Below are positions 57,867-64,000 of a stretch of 64,000 bases of DNA, one piece after another. The DNA comes from Nitrososphaeria archaeon (lineage in GTDB: Archaea; Thermoproteota; Nitrososphaeria; JACIWG01): positions 1 to 64,000 of the forward strand of contig JBEKIG010000008.1 of NCBI GenBank assembly GCA_050011875.1, read 5' to 3'. Position numbers and translations under genes: made by a program. Position 1 is the stretch's first letter. Every line of letters begins with the position of its first letter. The notes below the pieces were generated by a model, which did not search any database, was not told where the DNA came from, and saw only the letters and a program-made list of their open reading frames with translations.

Positions 57867-60146
57867 TTATGAACAGGCGCTGTAACCGCACGCTGGACAA
57901 CTCAGGCATCCTTCGGAATATTGTACCGGCGCACCGCATTCAGGGCAGGTCGGTGGCATACCGTTGAGAAAGTCTTTACGCTCTACGTTCGCATCATCGT
58001 TTGAATCCTTCTCCTCGCCCCTTGTTGATGAGGATCCGGAATATTTCAGCAGAGATTCCTGTTCTTTGAGTCGTCCGTCAAGACGCATTTCCATCGTCAA
58101 CGATATCGCATGTGAACATGAAAGAATCTGAACGCCTTCGCTCCAAGTTGGGATAGGACACCTTATGCCTTTAAGCTGTTCGACGATCGCTCGAGGGTCG
58201 ACACCACTTCTTAAGGAAAGCGAGACGAGCCTGCTCAGGCCTTCCGCGAAACTGTTCATACATCCACCAGACTTACCCATGGTCGTGAAGACTTCACATA
58301 AACCGTTTTCATCTTCGTTAATTGTGACATACAGGTTGCCGCAGCCTGTCCGAATCTTGTACGTGAATCCTCTTGTGATCGGGGGGCGATCCCTAGGCTT
58401 AGTCACAGTCTTCTCTTTCAATTCGCCGAGGCCGAAGCTTATTACCTGAGTATCCTTGCTTTTGTCTCGATAGATTGTTACACCCTTGCATCCCAGATCG
58501 TGCGCTAAAAGGTATATCCTTGCCACGTCTTCTTTGGTCGCATCGCTTTCAAGATTAACCGTCTTGGACACCGCGTTATCTACATATTTCTGGAACGCGG
58601 CCTGTATTCTGACATGCGTCTCCGGAGCGATGTCATGAGCGCTCACAAAGATTTTTTGGACATCTTCAGGTATAGACTCCATCCCCCTTACAGAGCCTTT
58701 TTCAGCAACTTTCTTCATAACATCTTCGGTGTAGAAACCCTTTGCTCTAGCATATTTTTCAAAGTGCGGGTTGACTTCAACTAAATCAGCTCCATCGAGC
58801 ACGTGCTTGACGTAGACGACAGAGAAGATGGGCTCGATGCCGCTTGAACAGCCTGCGATCATGCTTATTGTACCGGTCGGAGCGATGGTAGTAATAGTAG
58901 CGTTCCTCAAATAGGGATACTTACCAAAAAATGTGCTCTTCTCAAAATTGGGAAAACTCCCCTTCTCATTCCCCAAAGCCACCGAACAAGCTCTAGCCTC
59001 ATCTGAAATAAATCTCATGACATCATCCGCTACTTTAAGAGCTTCATCGCTGTCGTAAGCGATCTCCAAAAGAATCAGCATATCAGCGAACCCCATCACA
59101 CCTAAACCAATCTTCCTGTTTCCCTTAGTCATCCGCTCAATTTCCTCCAAAGGATACTTGTTCACATCAATCACGTCATCGAGGAAGCGCACCGAAGACC
59201 AGACAACCCTCCTTAACCTATCAAAATCGATCACAAACCTGCCCTCCACTTCACTAGCCATCAAAGTAAGATTGATCGATCCCAAATTACATGACTCATA
59301 AGGCAAAAGTGGCTGTTCTCCACATGGGTTTGTGCTCTCTATCTGCTCTATGGACTGAAGGGAGTTTGCTTTGTTTATCTGGTCAATGAAAATTATCCCT
59401 GGGTCACCGGTGGCCCACGCTGTTTCTACTATTAAGTTAAAGACGTCCTTTGCTTTCTCATTCTTTACAGGCTGGTTTGTTCTCGGGTTTATTAGTTGAT
59501 ATTCTTCATCGGCTCTCATCTTCTTCATGAAGTCATCGGTGACCGATACTGAAATGTTAAAATTCGTGAACGACCTCTTATCAAGTTTGCATATAACAAA
59601 AGATCTTATGTCTGGATGGTCGATTCTGAGAACTCCCATATTTGCGCCTCTCCTTGTGCCACCTTGTTTTATTGCTTCAGTAGCGGAGTCAAACACCCTC
59701 ATAAAAGAGACTGGGCCGCTTGATACCCCTCTTGTCGACTTGACGATGTCATTAGCAGGTCTAAGCCTTGAAAAAGAGAAACCTGTTCCGCCACCACTTT
59801 TATGGATGAGCGCCGCATTCTTTACTGCGTCAAAAATGCCTTCCATCGAGTCTTCCACTGGAAGGACAAAGCATGCTGAGAGTTGTCCAAGCGGGCGCCC
59901 GGCGTTCATCAAAGTCGGGCTGTTAGGTAAAAATTCTAGATCAACCATCATCCTATAGAATTCATTCGCTATAAGGCCGATTTCTTCATCATTTTTTCCG
60001 TGTAATTTTTCAGCTGAAGCAACTGTCTTAGCTACACGTAAGAACATTTCTTCCGGAGTCTCGATAGTGTGCCCATTTTCATCCTTTGCCAAATATCTTT
60101 TCTCCAAAATGGTCAGCGAGTTATCGGAGAGTTTTATTTGTTCCAA
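57867..60146 (-). CDS. nrdJ: Class II (B12-dependent) ribonucleotide reductase
   Basis: PNSPTLMNAG, SACFV, TNPCGEQPL, TIAPTG; C-terminal TSCPD-like domain and CPECG...CPACG zinc finger. Confidence 0.95.
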   Translation of the reverse strand: MEQIKLSDNSLTILEKRYLAKDENGHTIETPEEMFLRVAKTVASAEKLHGKNDEEIGLIANEFYRMMVDLEFLPNSPTLMNAGRPLGQLSACFVLPVEDSMEGIFDAVKNAALIHKSGGGTGFSFSRLRPANDIVKSTRGVSSGPVSFMRVFDSATEAIKQGGTRRGANMGVLRIDHPDIRSFVICKLDKRSFTNFNISVSVTDDFMKKMRADEEYQLINPRTNQPVKNEKAKDVFNLIVETAWATGDPGIIFIDQINKANSLQSIEQIESTNPCGEQPLLPYESCNLGSINLTLMASEVEGRFVIDFDRLRRVVWSSVRFLDDVIDVNKYPLEEIERMTKGNRKIGLGVMGFADMLILLEIAYDSDEALKVADDVMRFISDEARACSVALGNEKGSFPNFEKSTFFGKYPYLRNATITTIAPTGTISMIAGCSSGIEPIFSVVYVKHVLDGADLVEVNPHFEKYARAKGFYTEDVMKKVAEKGSVRGMESIPEDVQKIFVSAHDIAPETHVRIQAAFQKYVDNAVSKTVNLESDATKEDVARIYLLAHDLGCKGVTIYRDKSKDTQVISFGLGELKEKTVTKPRDRPPITRGFTYKIRTGCGNLYVTINEDENGLCEVFTTMGKSGGCMNSFAEGLSRLVSLSLRSGVDPRAIVEQLKGIRCPIPTWSEGVQILSCSHAISLTMEMRLDGRLKEQESLLKYSGSSSTRGEEKDSNDDANVERKDFLNGMPPTCPECGAPVQYSEGCLSCPACGYSACS

Positions 60147-60428
60147 GCAAACCTAAACGTCTGCTATGTTGCATAATTAACTTTTGTGTTCGAAATAATT
60201 GACTAAAATTACATCAGAACATTCTTGGTTGCTCTGGAGGGTAAAAAAGTTTTGATAAAAATTACTAATACTGGAAAGACATTTATATTTCAGAAAAATG
60301 TGATAAATTGCAATCACTTAATGAAATATGTATAGCATATTTGGTTACGTTGCATCTTTTGGAATTGACTGTTTTATGCTCGTACTATTTAACCTGAACA
60401 CGTACGATCAAACTCTTTAAAGTTAAAC

Positions 60429-61488
60429 TTAAATTCTTGCCTTCTGAAATGCTAAAGCTACACCTTCATTTGTTAAAACTCCGATAACTTTGGTTTCATC
60501 AGATCTGTCAACTACGGGTACAAGATCTAGCTTTTCCTGTTGCATAACCTTATAGGCTTCCGTGACCGGCTCGTCACAGAAGACATATACTTTCTTTAAC
60601 GGAAATTGGTTCAATCGAAATCCATTCCTCTCTTCAGGCTTTTTCTTAATTTCTTCCCAACTCACTACCCTCTGCATAATGTTATCCTTTATCACAATTA
60701 TATCATGATATTTTGCTTTGAACATGATTTCTACAGCTTCCGCAAGTGTAGTTTCTGGGCTAGATGCGACCACTTCGGTGTACATAACGTCTATTACTCT
60801 TATATTCTTCATAGACGTAGATAGGATTGTCGATTCGGCTTCTTCTGCTGCACCTACATATACAAACAAACCGATGATAATCAACCAGAAATTTGTAAAG
60901 GCTCCAAGGAAAGCCATAGCTATGCCAAAAAATTTTCCGATAGTAGTCGCGTACCGTGTTGCGTCTGAAAAATCCATTCTTTCAGCCAGAATTGCTCTAA
61001 GCACCCTTCCGCCATCCATTGGGAATGCAGGAATTAGGTTAAATGCTGCTAAAACAATGTTTATAGCCCCTAGGTCTAGAGGAAGATTTTTGGTGGGAGT
61101 TAAATTTAAGAGAGAAAAGGAAGGGAGTTTCCCACCAGATATAATCAGCCCGAGTGCTAGTAGTAGTAGACCCAAAATCAGGCTTGTTAAAGGTCCAGCG
61201 ATAGCCATCCTCCATTCCACTCTAGGATTGTCTGGAATCTGATCTATTTGAGATGCCCCCCCCAATGGGATAAAGGATAATCTTTCTAACTCTTATACCA
61301 TAATGTCTAGTAATCGTTGAATGAGATACTTCGTGTGCCACAACCGAAATAAAAAGAAATACTGTGAGGATGAAAAGGTAAAGGTCCGGATAGGAAAAAA
61401 TAAGCACAAAAACCATTAACAATATAAATGTGATATGAAGTTCTATAGGAATACCCCAGATAGTAAGGACTCTAAATGAATACTTCAC
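60429..61488 (-). pseudogene. Site-2 protease (M50) with CBS domains, frameshifted at a G8 run
   Basis: HEVSH in ORF 61222..61488; AGP and NLIPAFPMDGGR plus CBS pair in ORF 60429..61265; removing one C from 61256-61263 restores YPIGGASQI. Confidence 0.85.
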
Positions 61489-61593
61489 AAATAATAGAGG
61501 TCTAATAAATTTATAAGTCTTTTGAATCTTCAGAAGTTTTCCAGATTCAAAGCGATTTACATATATAAATTAAAATATATAACTTGTTTTCTC

Positions 61594-61731
61594 TTAATTA
61601 ATTATCACTTTATATATCATTTCCAGGATGATGCCTGCGACTATTCCAATTAAAATAGGGCCGATAATCGGCAACCAGCTGAGTATGACCATGAACATGA
61701 AGCCAGCGCTTATTCCGCCCTTAACAGTCAA
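61594..61731 (-). pseudogene. Short membrane-protein fragment (DUF5518-like)
   Basis: Manual translation MTVKGGISAGFMFMVILSWLPIIGPILIGIVAGIILEMIYKVIIN*. Confidence 0.35.
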
Positions 61732-61747
61732 ACCTTTTAATAATATT

Positions 61748-61912
61748 TCAATCCCTCATCAGTGCAGACCTTGAAGCAATCAATGCAGCAGTAATTAAGA
61801 AGACAAGGCCGAAGACGTCGTTCAACATGTGCCATGCGTCAGTCGTCAGCGCTAAGCTGTCTGTGAGAATACCGCCCACAAGTACAAAGAAGACAACTGT
61901 GATGCTCTTTAG
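61748..61912 (-). pseudogene. N-terminal fragment of a cation diffusion facilitator (CzcD/ZitB-like)
   Basis: Manual translation ...VGGILTDSLALTTDAWHMLNDVFGL... matches the CDF TM2 HxxxD signature; stops after about 55 codons. Confidence 0.65.
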
Positions 61913-61958
61913 ATCTCAAAAACTTTTTTAAAGAAGTGAGCCCTCGAAATATTCTGCA

Positions 61959-62387
61959 ATGAGAAGGAAAACACCAAGCGTTTTCAAGAAAATACCTAAA
62001 AAGGAGAAAAGTGATCTTATTGCAGCAATAAAAGATAAGAAATATTGGAACGTTTCTGAAGAAGACAAGAACTACGTCTATGTAGTTGCACTATCGAGAG
62101 CTAGAGAGAAAGCTCCAGTCGGATATTATGCGAAGACTTCCGCTTTTGGGAAGGTTCAGGTGATTCCAGAAGCGGCAAAATATTGTAGGAAATATAGAAT
62201 ATTAATTTTAGACTTTAAGAATCGTGCTGCGTTTTCGGTATTGACTTGGATGGCATTCACAAGAATGATGAGAAGAAACGATGAGTTAGTTAAGACGCTA
62301 ATTAAGAGCAGGCTGACTCCTCCATATATTAACAGGAAGGTTCTTAGGGAACTTTCTGAAAGTGTCCTAGGTAAAGGTAAAAAGTAA
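61959..62387 (+). CDS. Hypothetical basic protein
   Basis: 142-aa K/R-rich ORF with an upstream TTTTTTAAA box. Confidence 0.6.
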   Translation: MRRKTPSVFKKIPKKEKSDLIAAIKDKKYWNVSEEDKNYVYVVALSRAREKAPVGYYAKTSAFGKVQVIPEAAKYCRKYRILILDFKNRAAFSVLTWMAFTRMMRRNDELVKTLIKSRLTPPYINRKVLRELSESVLGKGKK

Positions 62388-62571
62388 AAAGGAATTAATA
62401 TTATTCACACTCATTTAAAAGACTTTTTTCGTTAAATGTAAAACGATAATTTTTTAAACTATTAAATTAATCAATATAAAAATATATTTTGTTTGAAAGG
62501 ATAACTTTTTTAGTAAGGTTTCTAAAAATATACGGTTGGAGCTAAAATATGTTCTGGGTGAATCAAATAAT

Positions 62572-63099
62572 ATGGCTGAAAAAAGGGCTAGCAAAAAATC
62601 TGATAATATATGGAGCGATAAACCTTGGATATTGCCTTCTATCATAATTAGAGGAATAGCATCAGTTATATTTGCACTTTTATTGGCTTGGCTTGAAGTC
62701 CAATTTAAAGTAGCTGCACAAATGGTTATAGGTATTAGACTCGACATTTGGACATATTCTATCATATTTATAGTCTGGTTTGTCAGTGCATCTGGTTTCC
62801 TTTTGTTAAGAGCTTCGAACTTTTATATTCTTAGACAAAACAGCATTGAAATCATATATGGCGTTGTCAGCAAGAGGTCTTTCTTGATAGCTGCAACCGG
62901 ATTCTCAGAGCTGGAAGTCGTGAGATCTGTTACAGACAGACTGCTGAACATGGGTCAGATAGTTGTTATATCCGACAGTGGACGAAAAGTCAAACTAAGA
63001 AATATCAGAAGCCCGATAGAAGTTTCCAACATGATTAGAGAAGCGATGACGAAACCTGTGGTAAGATTAGAGCATGAAGAAGCTTCTAACAAAAGTTAA
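62572..63099 (+). CDS. Membrane protein with bacterial PH (bPH_2) domain
   Basis: Two TM helices, then YIL...YGVVSK...DRLLNMGQIVV...LRNIRSP. Confidence 0.75.
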   Translation: MAEKRASKKSDNIWSDKPWILPSIIIRGIASVIFALLLAWLEVQFKVAAQMVIGIRLDIWTYSIIFIVWFVSASGFLLLRASNFYILRQNSIEIIYGVVSKRSFLIAATGFSELEVVRSVTDRLLNMGQIVVISDSGRKVKLRNIRSPIEVSNMIREAMTKPVVRLEHEEASNKS

Positions 63100-63453
63100 G
63101 CTCTTTTTACATAGTTAAATCTTAATGCTCAGTTTCTCACATAATCGTATCCATTACAAAAAAAAGTTAACATATGCATTCATTTTTTACCAGATAGTCA
63201 CCGTGATTATTTTTGCGATTCTCAATGTACTTCTTGGTTAACTATTCGGTATTAATCTATCTGCCTCTTTCTTCCCTAGAATTTAGCGCACTTTGCTAGT
63301 GTTGAACTAAGTTTACCTAAGAATATGGCACATCATTTCTTTTTTTGTACACTGATGTAACATACATTTCTTGTGTTTCTTTGAAATTAAATCGGTCTCA
63401 TATAGTATTGCACCTTCGTGAATTGAAAATATATATCCATTAAGAGTGCAAAC

Positions 63454-64000
63454 TTATCGCAACATTTCTTTTAATTTGATGAAATCATTTTCTAAAATTT
63501 TTAAATTTTTTGGGTCATAAAGGGCCGCAGCTGGATGTATAGTTGGGAGAAGTGAAAGTTTCCTTGAATCGCTCTGGAATTCATAAATCTTTCCTCTCAC
63601 AGATAAAATTCCTCCTGCGACGATTCCAACCTTTGACAAAAAATAAATAGTTGAATATCTTCCCAAGCTTGAAACAATCTGCGGCTTAACTATGCTTAAT
63701 TGCTTTTCCAAGTAAGGGGTGCAGGTTTTAATCTCCAATTGGAAAGGGCCTCTGTTTTCAGGTGGCCGACATTTAACAATATTCGTAATATAGACGTTTT
63801 CGCGCCTAATATCAAGCGTCTGTTCAATCATTTTAGTAAGAAGTTTTCCGGCAGCCCCCACAAAAGGTCTGCCCTCTAAATCTTCGTGATATCCAGGTGC
63901 CTCGCCAACAAACATCAATTTAGCGTTAGAATCTCCCTCTCCGGGAACGGCGACAGTTCGAGACATGTGAAGGGGGCATTTAATGCAGCCTCTTACTTCC
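63454..64000 (-). CDS. udg: Family 4 uracil-DNA glycosylase (5' end beyond the window)
   Basis: Frame open to the window edge (EVRGCIKCPLH); GEAPG, GRPFVG, KCRPPENR, HPAA. Confidence 0.95.
   Translation of the reverse strand, partial: EVRGCIKCPLHMSRTVAVPGEGDSNAKLMFVGEAPGYHEDLEGRPFVGAAGKLLTKMIEQTLDIRRENVYITNIVKCRPPENRGPFQLEIKTCTPYLEKQLSIVKPQIVSSLGRYSTIYFLSKVGIVAGGILSVRGKIYEFQSDSRKLSLLPTIHPAAALYDPKNLKILENDFIKLKEMLR

Noticed and set aside
50324-60146. Inteins in RpoA, RpoB or RNR
   Set aside because: Protein lengths are normal and no intein-like insertions interrupt the conserved motifs

Overview
Archaeal chromosomal DNA from the TACK group. An unsplit 1264-aa RpoA (A'+A''), an unsplit RpoB, class II HMG-CoA reductase and a long NurA-HerA pair suggest a deep-branching Nitrososphaeria/Thaumarchaeota-like lineage, probably anaerobic; this placement is inferred. 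The left part (about 1-29 kb) is accessory: DNA-repair genes (AlkD, Fpg/Nei-like), two aldehyde:ferredoxin oxidoreductase (AOR) modules with a radical-SAM maturase, amidohydrolases, TatA, NurA-HerA and an isolated 3' part of tRNA-Arg(CCU). The right part is mostly core: thermosome, geranylgeranyl reductase, HMGR, an acdA/GNAT/acdB/acs cluster, a third AOR, the rpoH-rpoB-rpoA-rpl30e-nusA-rps12-rps7-tuf-rps10 cluster, class II RNR and UDG. The best candidate for an undescribed system is a five-gene operon (18854-23377, minus strand). It joins three uncharacterised proteins (two possibly tubular lipid-binding) to a DMATS/ABBA-like aromatic prenyltransferase and a stand-alone class II terpene-cyclase domain, so it may be an archaeal meroterpenoid pathway. 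Also notable are a 757-bp transposase-less element (25-bp TIRs, 8-bp TSD) carrying a series of short tandem repeats and a small membrane ORF, a non-canonical C-terminal-GG protein among the AOR genes, and an in-frame TGA in one AOR. No CRISPR array or rRNA was seen. Product calls come from reading motifs by eye; no database searches were run.
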